From positions 32,222-96,221 of the forward strand of contig JAOZPE010000001.1 of assembly GCA_029932915.1 (NCBI GenBank): a stretch of 64,000 nucleotides of DNA. Direction: 5' to 3'. This stretch comes from Candidatus Krumholzibacteriia bacterium. GTDB taxonomy: Bacteria; Krumholzibacteriota; Krumholzibacteriia; JAJRXK01. The stretch's first letter is position 1. Every line of letters starts with the position of its first letter. Of the stretch, positions 27,119 to 37,000 are shown one piece after another. The notes beneath the pieces are model-generated. The model searched no databases, was not told the DNA's origin, and worked only from the letters and a program-made list of their open reading frames with translations. The position numbers and the translations under genes are program-made.

Positions 27119-28405
27119 TTGACCCAACCCGCACCGTGCCCCGTCGTTCCCGATCAGCCGGTCCGTCTCGATCCCACCCGGCGCAACCCCCAGCTCGTCC
27201 GCTTCCACGAACTGATGGAACGGATGGTGGTGGGTCAGCCGGGAGCGCTGGAGACGGTCACGAACTCCTTCTCGCGTCTGCTGGCGGGGATCCACGATCC
27301 GGAGAGCCCGATCCTGACCATGATGCTGCTGGGACCGACCGGCGTGGGCAAGACCGAGACCGTACGCTGTCTGGCCCAGGCCCTCTTCGGAAGCCGCCGG
27401 GCCTTCACCCGGGTGAACTGCCAGGAGTACTCGGCCCACTACAACCTCTCGAAGTTGCTGGGCAGCCCACCGGGCTACGTCGGTGGCGAGATCAAACCCC
27501 TGCTGAGCCAGGAGAACCTCGACCGGCACTACAAGAAGGCCATGGAGGAGGGGTTGGGGATCTTCCAGGACGACCTGGGCCGGATCGGCGGTGGCCCGGA
27601 CGGGGACCACGCGCTCTCGCTCATCCTCTTCGACGAGATCGAGAAGGCCCATCCCAAGCTGTGGAACATGCTGCTGGGCATCCTCGAGGATGGCACCCTG
27701 GTGCTGGGCAACAACGAAGAGGTCGATTTCACCCACAGCATCATCGTCCTGACCACCAACGTGGGCAGCGAGGCGATGGGCAAGCACCTCTCCCACGAGA
27801 ACATCGGTTTCGTCAGCGGTGAGGACCTCGAGCAGATGGACCGTGACATCCACGAGGCGGCGCTGCGGGAGGCCCGCAAGGTCTTCCCCTTCGAATTCCT
27901 GAATCGCTTCGACGAGCTCATCACCTACGACACCCTCAAGGAATCGCACCTGTACCAGATCCTGGACAATCTCATCGCCGACATCCACATCCGCAGCATC
28001 GGTTGCACCCAGCCCTTCCTGTTGAAGGTGGAGGAGGCGGCCAAGCGCAAGCTGGTGGAGGAGGGCTACGACCCCCGTTTCGGCGCCCGTCCCCTGCGGC
28101 GGGCGGTCGAGACCCGCCTGGTGACGCCCATCGGACACCTGATCTCCAGTGGCCAGGTGGTGCGCGGAGACCTGGTCACCGTCGACTGGGTCGATGGAGA
28201 ATGGGTCTTCGGGAAGGAATCGGGAGTGATGACCGCCGAGGAGATCGCGGCCTTCGAGGCCCGTCAGGCCGAGAAGGAGAGAAGCCGCGATCTGGATGGG
28301 ATGGACGACGGGGGCGAGGCCAAGCGGATCGTCGAGGAACTCGACGAGGTGGTGGCCCACGGGCACATGCTCGGTGACGGTTCGGACCTTCCCGGCGGGC
28401 TGTAG
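27119..28405 (+). CDS. Stand-alone ClpA/ClpB second (D2) AAA+ ATPase module
   Basis: VVGQ, GPTGVGKTE, SKLLGSPPGYVG, LFDEIEKAHP, EFLNRFDE, FGARPLRRAVE. No N-domain or D1. TTG start after GGAGGA. Confidence 0.85.
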   Translation: MTQPAPCPVVPDQPVRLDPTRRNPQLVRFHELMERMVVGQPGALETVTNSFSRLLAGIHDPESPILTMMLLGPTGVGKTETVRCLAQALFGSRRAFTRVNCQEYSAHYNLSKLLGSPPGYVGGEIKPLLSQENLDRHYKKAMEEGLGIFQDDLGRIGGGPDGDHALSLILFDEIEKAHPKLWNMLLGILEDGTLVLGNNEEVDFTHSIIVLTTNVGSEAMGKHLSHENIGFVSGEDLEQMDRDIHEAALREARKVFPFEFLNRFDELITYDTLKESHLYQILDNLIADIHIRSIGCTQPFLLKVEEAAKRKLVEEGYDPRFGARPLRRAVETRLVTPIGHLISSGQVVRGDLVTVDWVDGEWVFGKESGVMTAEEIAAFEARQAEKERSRDLDGMDDGGEAKRIVEELDEVVAHGHMLGDGSDLPGGL

Positions 28406-28557
28406 ACCTCAGGCCGCGGATACGTCGAAGGGGAGACCCGCGCAGCCGGATCTCCCCTCATCCCCATCTCGATACGGTTTCGTCGCCGGCGCCGCCCTCA
28501 CCGCGTTCCGCCCCCGGTGCCTCGACGCTGGGGTCGACACGGCGGACAGTCGGCCGC

Positions 28558-29079
28558 CTACTTCCGGCTGGTCTCCACTGCCTCGACGATCTCCTCGACG
28601 GCCGCCTTCTTGGGCTTGGCCGAGGGATTCGGATTGGAAGCGGTGTGGTGTTCCTTGCCCGTGGGCATCGAACACGAACCCTGGAAGAACACGGTCTCGT
28701 CCATCTGCAGGGAAGGCGTGATGACGTCGCCCTGCAGGCGGCCATTGTGCTTGAGTTCGACGCGCTCGGAGGCCTCGACGCTTCCCTTCACCGAACCCTT
28801 GATGGTGATCGTGCGGGTGGTGATCTGCGCGTCGACCTCGGCGTTCTCGCCGATGACCAGGTTGCCGGTGCTCTCGATCTCGCCCTTGAAGGTTCCCTCG
28901 ATGAGGACGGAGTTCTCGAAGCGCAACTTGCCCTCGATGTGGACATCGGGGCCCAGATAGGCCGTGATCTGGTTGGAATCGTGGTTCTTGCCGCGGGACG
29001 GCGACGGAGTGGACTTCTCCACGCGAGGAAGCTCCACGCTTGCTTGCGGCTCGTCCTTCTTGTCTTTTCCTCCGAACAT
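28558..29079 (-). CDS. Bactofilin (polymer-forming cytoskeletal protein)
   Basis: Beta-helix repeats IEGKL, IEGTFKGEI, LVIGENAEV, IKGSVKGSV, LQGDV, FQGSCSM. GGAGG RBS. Confidence 0.9.
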   Translation of the reverse strand: MFGGKDKKDEPQASVELPRVEKSTPSPSRGKNHDSNQITAYLGPDVHIEGKLRFENSVLIEGTFKGEIESTGNLVIGENAEVDAQITTRTITIKGSVKGSVEASERVELKHNGRLQGDVITPSLQMDETVFFQGSCSMPTGKEHHTASNPNPSAKPKKAAVEEIVEAVETSRK

Positions 29080-29236
29080 GCTGCCTCCAGGCTTGCGTTC
29101 CGCTGCACAGCGGAGTGAGGGGATCGGGCGGCGAGGGGGCGATGAGGCCACCTCCACGGCGAGCGGGGAGAACCGTACCGGGGACTTCCTCCCGGCCGGC
29201 ATATCCTCCGCGGGCCGCCATCGCAGTCCAAGCGGG

Positions 29237-29346
29237 AGCAATGCCGGTGCCTTTGCTCCGGCCAGGGGAGAACTCGTTGGAAATCAATGGCTTATGCCGA
29301 TGTGACCCCGGCCGGCCCGGGCGGCACGGATGGTCAGATTCTGACC
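29237..29346 (-). promoter_or_regulatory. sigma54 promoter with IHF site and palindromic upstream activator sequence, driving the bactofilin gene
   Basis: AGGCAC-N5-TTGCT (29252-29237, minus strand); IHF consensus AATCAA-TGGC-TTA at 29282-29294; inverted repeat GGTCAGA-T-TCTGACC at 29332-29346. Confidence 0.7.
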
Positions 29347-29398
29347 GCTTTGGGCCCACCACGGTGGAAGGGGACCAGGGACGGCGGGGGGCTCGGAA

Positions 29399-29749
29399 TC
29401 AGGGCCAGAAGAGGATCCGGCCGCAGGTCTCGCAGTAGACGACCTTGTCCTGGTTGACCGCGCTGGTGAAGCTCGACGGGATGTTGGTGAAGCAGCCGGT
29501 GCACACACCGTCGACCACCGGGACCACCGCACGTCCCAGGCGCTGGGTGAGGCGCCGGTAGCGGCTCACCAGGGCCCGGGGAATGCGGGCCTCGAGCTTC
29601 TCGTGGGCCTTGCGCAACTCCTCCAGGCCGGTCACCGGGAAGCCCATCTTCTCCAGGGCCGCCCGCTTGGATGCGTCCTCGGCTTCCTTGATCATCTGCT
29701 CGAGATCCTGCAGCGCCACCAGCAGTTGAGCGTCCTTGGGAGCGGTCAT
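29399..29749 (-). CDS. C4 zinc-ribbon protein (short DUF164-like)
   Basis: Y.RL...GRAVVPV.DG.CTGC...CETCGRIL preceded by a short coiled coil. Confidence 0.85.
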   Translation of the reverse strand: MTAPKDAQLLVALQDLEQMIKEAEDASKRAALEKMGFPVTGLEELRKAHEKLEARIPRALVSRYRRLTQRLGRAVVPVVDGVCTGCFTNIPSSFTSAVNQDKVVYCETCGRILFWP

Positions 29750-30213
29750 TTCTGGGCCTCTCTCAGCGCGGCGACCATCGAGTCGAAGTCCTTGGCCGCG
29801 AGCAGTTTCTCCCGCACCTGGTCGTTCTGGACCAGACCGGTGATGACGCCCAGGGCCTGCAGGTAGATGTTTCCGCTGTCCTGGGGCGGCGCCAGCAGGA
29901 GGAAGAAGAGGTAGGTGGGCTTGCCGTCGATGCTGTCGAAGTCGACCCCCTTGGGGGCGCGGGCGACCAGGATGGTCAGCTCGCTGATGGCCACCGAACG
30001 CCCATGGGGGAACGCCACACCGCTTCCCACCGCCGTGCTTCCCAGCGCTTCGCGGTTCTGGAGCATCTCCAGGATGAGCTCTCCGTTCTTCACCTTGCCG
30101 GCCGACACCAGGACCTCGGTGAGTTTCTGGAGGACTTCTTCCTTGTTGCGTGCGCGGAGGTTGCCCACCCAGAGGGCGGGATCCATATGTTGAATCAGGT
30201 CTTCGATCGTCAT
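29746..30213 (-). CDS. PTS EIIA component (Ntr/fructose type), second copy
   Basis: REALGSTAVGSGVAFPHGR and FDSIDGKPTYLFFLL. ATGA overlap with the zinc-ribbon gene. Confidence 0.9.
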   Translation of the reverse strand: MTIEDLIQHMDPALWVGNLRARNKEEVLQKLTEVLVSAGKVKNGELILEMLQNREALGSTAVGSGVAFPHGRSVAISELTILVARAPKGVDFDSIDGKPTYLFFLLLAPPQDSGNIYLQALGVITGLVQNDQVREKLLAAKDFDSMVAALREAQK

Positions 30214-30363
30214 GGAAGGGGCCGGACGAGGCCGCAGTCGGCTCTCCGGCGGGTCATGAGATGTACGCGTGAGCGCAAACCAAGCTAGCAGATCGAGGTG
30301 TCCTAGACAAGGACGCACGTCTGGTGTTCCCTGGATCCCGTCAGCAGAGGGGGGATCGATCGT

Positions 30364-31380
30364 ATGGGCGAGAGCGAGCAAGGGCATCCAGCGGGGACGC
30401 AGCCGATCCGGCACGAGGGGCTGGTCGTCCAGCACGGAGCCAACCGTTACCTGGTGGAGGTGCACGAGGCCTCGGGTCCCCGGCAGTGGGCCTGCTCGAT
30501 CGCCGGGCGCCTGCGTCAGGGACCGCGTCAGCAGGTGCGCCTGGCGGTGATCGGCGACCGGGTGCGGATCGAGGCCCAGGGATCGCCGGAGAGGGCGGAG
30601 GCGTCCATCGTCGAGGTCCTGCCCCGGCGCAACGCCATCTCGCGTCCGGCCCCGGCGGGCGGCGCGCGCCGGGGGGCCCGTGAGCAACTCGTGATCGCCA
30701 ACCTCGACCGGCTGTGGGTGATCGCCTCGGTGGCCCAACCTCCCCTGAACCTGTATTTCGTCGACCGTGTCCTGGCCGCGGCCGCCCATCAGGGGGTTCC
30801 GGCCGGACTCATCCTGAACAAGATCGATCTCCTCGACGAGGAGCCCGACGGGGTGGTCGGGCTGTACCGTGGGCTGGGCTATCCGGTCCACCTGTGCTCG
30901 GCCCGCGACGGCCGGGGCGTCGAGCAGCTCGCCGCGGCCTTCCGGGAGGGCATCGGCGCCCTGGTGGGCCGATCCGGGGTGGGCAAGACCAGCCTGCTGG
31001 AGGCGGTCCAACCGGGTCTGCGCCTGAAGACCGGCGAGGTGAGCCCCCGCCGCGGCCACGGGCGCCACACCACCACCGTCAGCCGGCTGTACCGTCTCGA
31101 CGGCGGCGGCTACCTGGCGGACACCCCGGGGATGCGTGAGTTCGGTCTGTGGGGGATGGTGCGGGCCGATCTGGCCGCGTCGTTCGTGGAATTCCCCTCC
31201 TTCGCCGCCGACTGCCGCTTCCGCGATTGCCTGCACGTTCGTGAGCCCGGCTGTGCGGTCCGCGCGGCGGCCGAGGACGGCCGAATCGATCCCGGGCGCT
31301 ACCGTCACTACCTCGAGCTGCTGAAGGAGCTGCCCGAGCGACGTCCACCGCGCTCGGGTGGTGCTTCCAGGGGGATGTGA
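30364..31380 (+). CDS. rsgA: Ribosome small subunit-dependent GTPase A
   Basis: NKID, GRSGVGKTS, GRHTTT, DTPGMREF, CRFRDCLH.EPGC. Confidence 0.95.
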   Translation: MGESEQGHPAGTQPIRHEGLVVQHGANRYLVEVHEASGPRQWACSIAGRLRQGPRQQVRLAVIGDRVRIEAQGSPERAEASIVEVLPRRNAISRPAPAGGARRGAREQLVIANLDRLWVIASVAQPPLNLYFVDRVLAAAAHQGVPAGLILNKIDLLDEEPDGVVGLYRGLGYPVHLCSARDGRGVEQLAAAFREGIGALVGRSGVGKTSLLEAVQPGLRLKTGEVSPRRGHGRHTTTVSRLYRLDGGGYLADTPGMREFGLWGMVRADLAASFVEFPSFAADCRFRDCLHVREPGCAVRAAAEDGRIDPGRYRHYLELLKELPERRPPRSGGASRGM

Positions 31381-32501
31381 GCGTGGGACGGATCAACCGA
31401 CGCAGGGATCGCTGGCTGAAGCGTCTGCTCGAACATCTGTTGCGGCCCTTCTTCCATCGGCCGCGCATGGATCTCGAGCAGATCCGCAGGGAGGATCCCC
31501 GCCGGATCCTCATCGTCCGCCAGCACAACCAGATGGGGGACATGCTGTGTGCGGTGCCCGCCCTGCGGGCCATCCACGAGAGCTTCCCCCGAGCCCGCAA
31601 GATGCTGGTGACCGCTCCGGTGAACGACGGTGTGGTGCGGGGCAATCCCTATCTCGACGAGATCCTTCTCTTCGACAAGGTCGCCGTTCGCCGTTCCCCC
31701 CGGCAGGCTGTGGGTTTCCTCAAGAGCCTGCGCTCCTTCGCACCCGAGCTGGCCATCGTCCTCAACAGCGTCTCCTACAGCGGGACCTCATCGTGGATCG
31801 CCGTGCTCAGCGGTGCCCGCCGGATCATCGGGGGCGACAGTACACCCTTCGGATGGTCCTTCAGCCGATGGCTCTACAACCTGGAGATGCCGGTCCAGGT
31901 GGAGTTGAAGGGGCATGCCATCGAGCACTCCCTGGCTCCACTGCGTGCGGTGGGAATGGACACGGCCGATCGCTCCACGGTTCTCATCCCCGGATGGGAG
32001 GATCGCGCGCAGGCCCGGCGTTTCCTCGAATCGGTGGGGCCGTCCCCCTGGGCCGCGATCCATCCCGGCGCGGGCAAGGAGGAGAACCGCTGGCCGGCCG
32101 AGCGCTTCGCCGCGGTGGTGCACAAGCTTCGCCGCCGTGGCTGGTCGGTGTGGTGCATCGAGGGACCGGCCGATCGCCATGCCACCGAGCAGCTGCTCGC
32201 GTCGCTGGAAGAGCCGGTGAAGGTGCTGCGGGGTGTCTCGGTGCGGACGGTGGCCGCCGCCCTGGCCGCTTCCCAGCTCGCCCTGGTGAACGACACGGGC
32301 ATCATGCACGTGGCCGGCGCGGTGGGGACCGCCACGGTGGCGCTCTTCGGTCCGACCGCGGCGGAGAGTTGGAGACCACCGGGCGATGCCGTCCGGGCCC
32401 TGCAGAGTCCGGACGGCACCATGGAAGGCCTTGGTCTCGATGTGGTGTGGGACGCCGTGTCCCGCCTGGCCGGCGAGGTGGAGGCTCGAACGGCCGGCTG
32501 A
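31377..32501 (+). CDS. GT9 glycosyltransferase (ADP-heptose:LPS heptosyltransferase-like)
   Basis: MGDML, HPGAG...RWP, NDTGIMHVAGAVG, ALFGPT. Confidence 0.9.
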   Translation: MSVGRINRRRDRWLKRLLEHLLRPFFHRPRMDLEQIRREDPRRILIVRQHNQMGDMLCAVPALRAIHESFPRARKMLVTAPVNDGVVRGNPYLDEILLFDKVAVRRSPRQAVGFLKSLRSFAPELAIVLNSVSYSGTSSWIAVLSGARRIIGGDSTPFGWSFSRWLYNLEMPVQVELKGHAIEHSLAPLRAVGMDTADRSTVLIPGWEDRAQARRFLESVGPSPWAAIHPGAGKEENRWPAERFAAVVHKLRRRGWSVWCIEGPADRHATEQLLASLEEPVKVLRGVSVRTVAAALAASQLALVNDTGIMHVAGAVGTATVALFGPTAAESWRPPGDAVRALQSPDGTMEGLGLDVVWDAVSRLAGEVEARTAG

Positions 32502-32530
32502 GAGCCACTTCAACCGACCGCGCGGTGTCC

Positions 32531-34033
32531 TCAGTCGCCCTGGGTGTCCGGCGCTCCCAGTCCCGCGGTGACCTGCTCCAGATAGGTCGCGGCCCTCTCG
32601 TTCGAGGGATCGGCCTCCAGCGCGTGCTTCCACGCCTCGACCGCCTTGTCGACCTTGCCCAGTTTGTGCTGGGCGTTGCCCAGGTTGGTCCAGGCCGCGC
32701 TGACGTCGCACTGGTGCCCCACCGCCTCCTTGTACATCTCGATGGCCGCCTCGTAGTTCTCCTGCAGGAAGAGGGCGTAGCCGAGATTGTTGTAGGTGGC
32801 GCCCAGTTCGGGGTCGAGCTCCAGGGCCGACTCGAAGGCCGCCTGGGCTTCTTCGTGCCGTCCGAGCTCGGTCAGGGCCAGCCCCAGATTGTTGAAGGCC
32901 TGGGCGAAGCGACAGTCCTTGTCGATGGCCTTCTCGAAGAGTTGAACGGCGGTGTCGTGCTCACCGGCGTGATACGCACTCACCCCGGCGTTGTTGAGCC
33001 GACGCGCCTCCTCCTTGAGACGCCGCTCCTCCTCGGCCGCCGCCCGCTCCTTCTCCCGCTCGAAGAAGGCATTCATCTCCTGCTGGCTCTTCTCGAGCTG
33101 GCTTCCCATCTCCTTCAGCGCACGGTTCTCCTCCTCCACCGAGGCGATCCGCTGGTTGTTCTCATCGCGCCATTGCTGCAGGCTTTCATGGATCCTGTTG
33201 GATTCCTCCTGCAGGGACGCCTCGATCGAGCCGATCTTCTCGTTCCAGCTCTCGCCACGGGAACGGAGCTCCTCCTCGATCCGCTGCTGGAGTTCATCCT
33301 TCTGTTGCCGGCCCTGCTCCGCCCATTCCTCCAGTTTGCGGCCATGCTCGTCGAAACGAGCCTCGAGGCGCTCATCCAGGAGGCGGGAGAGGGTCTCTTC
33401 CCAGCTCGAGGTGAGTCGTTCGACGCGCTCGTCCAGGGCGCTGTGGAGCTTCTCCTCCCAGCTCGATGCGAGTCGTTCGATGCGTTCGTCCAGCACGCGC
33501 TGGAGGATCTCCTCCCAGCGTGAGCCGATCTCGTCGAGGCGTTCGGAGAAGATGCGGCCGATGTTCTCCTCGCTGTGGCCGGCGATCCGCTCCGCCTCTT
33601 CCTTCCACTGGTGGACGAGTTCCTCACGGGCCTCCTGTTGCCACCACTCCAGCAGCGAATCCCGGTGGCGGGTGAGTGTCTCGTCGAGTGGCTCGGCGTC
33701 CTCGTCGGCCGCTTCGCGTTCACTCCAGGCCTGGAGCCGCTCACCGAGGAGTTCCTCCATCTGGGAGCGGAACTTGTCCTCCAGACGCCGGGTCTCGCTG
33801 GACAGCCGGTGTTCCATCTGGTCGACGACGCCGTCGAGCCCTTCGGCCAGGGTCTTGCGCCAGGCCGATTCGCGGTTGTGGGCGTCGTCCTTCACCTCGT
33901 CGGCGAGACGATCGGTTGCCTGGGCGAGACCCTCGAGTGCCTCGAGGATCCCCGTGTCGTCGTGGAGGTCTTCCCTGTAGGAAGGCGTTTCCTCCTGAAC
34001 CGTGGTTCCCTGGTCGTGGCTCTCCTCGTACAT
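32531..34033 (-). CDS. Long acidic coiled-coil protein with C-terminal TPR repeats
   Basis: E/R/L-rich heptads followed by TPRs (AFNNLG, TYNNLG, AWTNLG). AGGAAG upstream. Confidence 0.8.
   Translation of the reverse strand: MYEESHDQGTTVQEETPSYREDLHDDTGILEALEGLAQATDRLADEVKDDAHNRESAWRKTLAEGLDGVVDQMEHRLSSETRRLEDKFRSQMEELLGERLQAWSEREAADEDAEPLDETLTRHRDSLLEWWQQEAREELVHQWKEEAERIAGHSEENIGRIFSERLDEIGSRWEEILQRVLDERIERLASSWEEKLHSALDERVERLTSSWEETLSRLLDERLEARFDEHGRKLEEWAEQGRQQKDELQQRIEEELRSRGESWNEKIGSIEASLQEESNRIHESLQQWRDENNQRIASVEEENRALKEMGSQLEKSQQEMNAFFEREKERAAAEEERRLKEEARRLNNAGVSAYHAGEHDTAVQLFEKAIDKDCRFAQAFNNLGLALTELGRHEEAQAAFESALELDPELGATYNNLGYALFLQENYEAAIEMYKEAVGHQCDVSAAWTNLGNAQHKLGKVDKAVEAWKHALEADPSNERAATYLEQVTAGLGAPDTQGD
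33360..33545 (-). repeat. 57-bp (19-aa) tandem repeat, about three copies, S.WEE.L...LDER.E.L
   Basis: SRWEEILQRVLDERIERLA / SSWEEKLHSALDERVERLT / SSWEETLSRLLDERLEARF. Confidence 0.75.
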
Positions 34034-34051
34034 ATCTTCTTCCTCTCGAGA

Positions 34052-37000
34052 CTAGAGGGTGCTCACCTTCGAGAGCACGGCCTTGTACTCTCCGGCGAGA
34101 TCGCTCAGGTAACGGCCGTAGGCCTTCGATGCGCGCTCGCGGGCACGCGTTCCGTAACGTTGATTGTCGAACAACAGTTGGTAGCGGGCGAAGGCCTCGG
34201 CATGGCGTCCGCTGCGCGCCGCGCATTCGGCCAGACGCCAACCGATCTCATCCACCCAGAAGTCCTCCGCGCGTGACTCGATCGATTTGAGGACCGCCTC
34301 GGCGCGGGTGACGCGATCGCGGCGGAGGTAGGCATCCGCCAGCAGACAAGCACGGCGCAGCGCTTGTTCCCCGGCGCAGTTGGCCTCGCTCAGGGTGGCC
34401 GCCGCTTCCTCGGCCTCATCGCGCTCGAGCAGCAGTGCGGCCAGGGTGAGCCGGGCTTCGTCGTCGCCGGGATCGTTCTCGATCCGCTCACGGAGGGCCT
34501 TGCTCTCGCGATCGAGGCGTTCGATCTTCCAGCGTCCCACCATGGCGTAGATCTCGGTCCATTCCATGTCGCCATGGGCAAGGCCCTTGAAGATCTCCAG
34601 CGCCTCGTCGTGACGGCCCAGATGTTCCAGTCCCCGCGCCAGTTCCGAACCCAGGCGCACCCGGTCCTCGCCCTCGGCCTTCTCGAAGGCCTTCCGCAGC
34701 ACGGCCACGCTCTCCTCACGGCGGCCTGCCTGCCGCAACGATTCGGCCTGGTTCAGCACGAAGAGCACGCGGACATGGCCGCGCCGGGGCGCGGCGGCCA
34801 GGCGCTCGCTGAGGGCTTCCTGACGGTCTTGACCCAGGGCACTCGGGTCGGGAAGGGCCTCGAGGGCTTCCTCCACCCGGCCCAGGCGCAGCAGGAGGTC
34901 GTGGTGCAACAGACGCAGCTCACCGTGTTCGCTGGCCCCGTCGAGGGCCTGCCGGCAGATGGCCAGGGCCCGATCGACGTCGAGGTCCTCGTTCGCCACC
35001 ACCTTCCACAACAGGCGTGCGGCCTCGTCGCGTTCGCCGGCCTCCACGTGCAGTTTCGCCAGTTCCATCGTCAGTCCGCCGTGCTCGGGGATCCTCTGGT
35101 GGAACTCCTCGAGAATGGCCCGGCGCTCCTCCACCGGATGGCTGCCGTCTCCGATGGCGGAGACGATGAGTTGGGCCGCCGAGTCGATTTGCTTGTGGGC
35201 CAGGAGGATCCGGGCGCTGGTGTGGATGGGGAGGAGTTCGTCGGGGTGCTCGCGCGCGCTCAGGCGCAACTCGGTGGTCACCCGCTTGAACTCGTCGGTG
35301 TCCTGGCTGTAGATCTCGGTGAGGATGCGGCAGCTCTCCTCGAGCTTGCCGGCGGTGCGGGCGGCGCGGGCCGCGGCGTAGCGCAGAGGCGTCGCAGCCG
35401 TCGGGTTGGCGATCTCCTCCGATAGACTGGCCAGGATGCGATCGGCCATCTCCGGCTGCAGACGCAGTGCCCGTTCGTAACCGCGGGCAGCGGTATCGGC
35501 GTCACGGAAGCGTCGATCGAAGTCGGCCACCTGGAGGATGTGCTCGCCGGTGACCGAGGGGACGGACAGCAGTGCATCGAGACGTTGGGCGACCTCTGCC
35601 ACCAGGCTGCGGTCCTGCCGGGCTGCGGTGCAGAAGGCGGTCACCGCGGTGTCCGGATCGTTGGCCCGGTGGCTGGCGAGCCCCAGGAGGAACTGAGCGC
35701 GACCGTGGTCCGGATCGATCTCGGTGAGGCGGCGCAGGGTCTCGACCGCCTTCTGCGGAGAGACCTCCTGTTCCTGCAGCAGCAGCTCCAGATGGCTCAC
35801 CGCGTCGTCCAGACGTCCTTCGTCCATCAGCACGCGGGCCTGCAGGAGACGCAGGTCGGCCAGGGCAGTGGGGGCCAGTGAGGAGACGATGGCCCGCTGG
35901 ATGAGGGCGTCGAGCTGGGAGAAACGGCTCACCGAGTACAGGGCTTCCCCGTACTCGAGCCACAGGGTGGAATTCTCCGGTGCCTTCTCCAGCAGTTGTT
36001 CGAAGCGCTCGCTCAGTTCTTCGATGCGCTCGGGTTGGGCCCGCAGCGCGCGGGAGAGGCATTGCCCGGCCTCTTCCTCCTCCTTGGCTTCCCACAGCAG
36101 GTCGAATGCGGCCAGGTTGAGGTCGGCGTCGTCGGGTTCCTCCACGAGCGCCCGGCGCAGTCGGCTCAGCACGTCCTCGGCGAGCTGAGGACGCGCCATC
36201 AACAGGATCTGGAATTCGGGGACCGCACGCTGGATCTGATGGCAGCTCAGGGCGGCGCAGGCCACCGGATAGCGCAGCAGTTGGCTGGCTCCCAGTTCAC
36301 GGTCGACCCCGTCGAGCAGTTTCAGGATGTGCTCGGCGTGTTCGGGATGCTCGTCCATGTGCGCGACCAGGTCGTCGGCAGTCCACTTGAAGTCTTCGGC
36401 GTTGTGGCGGAGCAGGCCGTCGAGGGCCTGGGCCAGGAGATCACTGCGTCCGTGTTCCAGGGCCGGTTGCAGCATGGCGCTCAGCAGACGGGCCGAGGGG
36501 TGGATGCGTTGCAGACAGGTCTCGGTCACCGCGAACAGAGGCCTTGGATCGCTCTCCTGCTCCCACAGCTCGGCCAGGGTGTCGTTGGCGCCATGTTGCT
36601 GGCCCAGACGCGCGTAGAGCACCGCCTGCATCGCGGTCAGTTCGAAGCGTCCCTCGTCCTCCCACTGGGGCAGGACCTTCTCGATCGAGCGGATGAGCTT
36701 GTTCAGGGTGTGCTCGTCCTGGTCGGGGATCTCGTTGGCGTGGATGGCGGCGGCGTGGAGATCCTTGGCCTGCAGGGCCGCGTCCGCCAGCAGATACGAC
36801 ATCTCGGCCTCGGCCGGACCGTCGTCGTTTCCCTCGCCCATGAGGGCCTGCAGTTCTTCGGGGTCGACCTGTCCTTCCTTGCGCAAGCGCTCGATCAACT
36901 GCGGGACGGTGTTGAACTTCCGCATCACCACCAGCAGGCGCAGTTGCAGCTTCCACAGGGGAGCGGCGGCCGAGGGTTCCAGAGAGGGAGGCAGGTTCTC

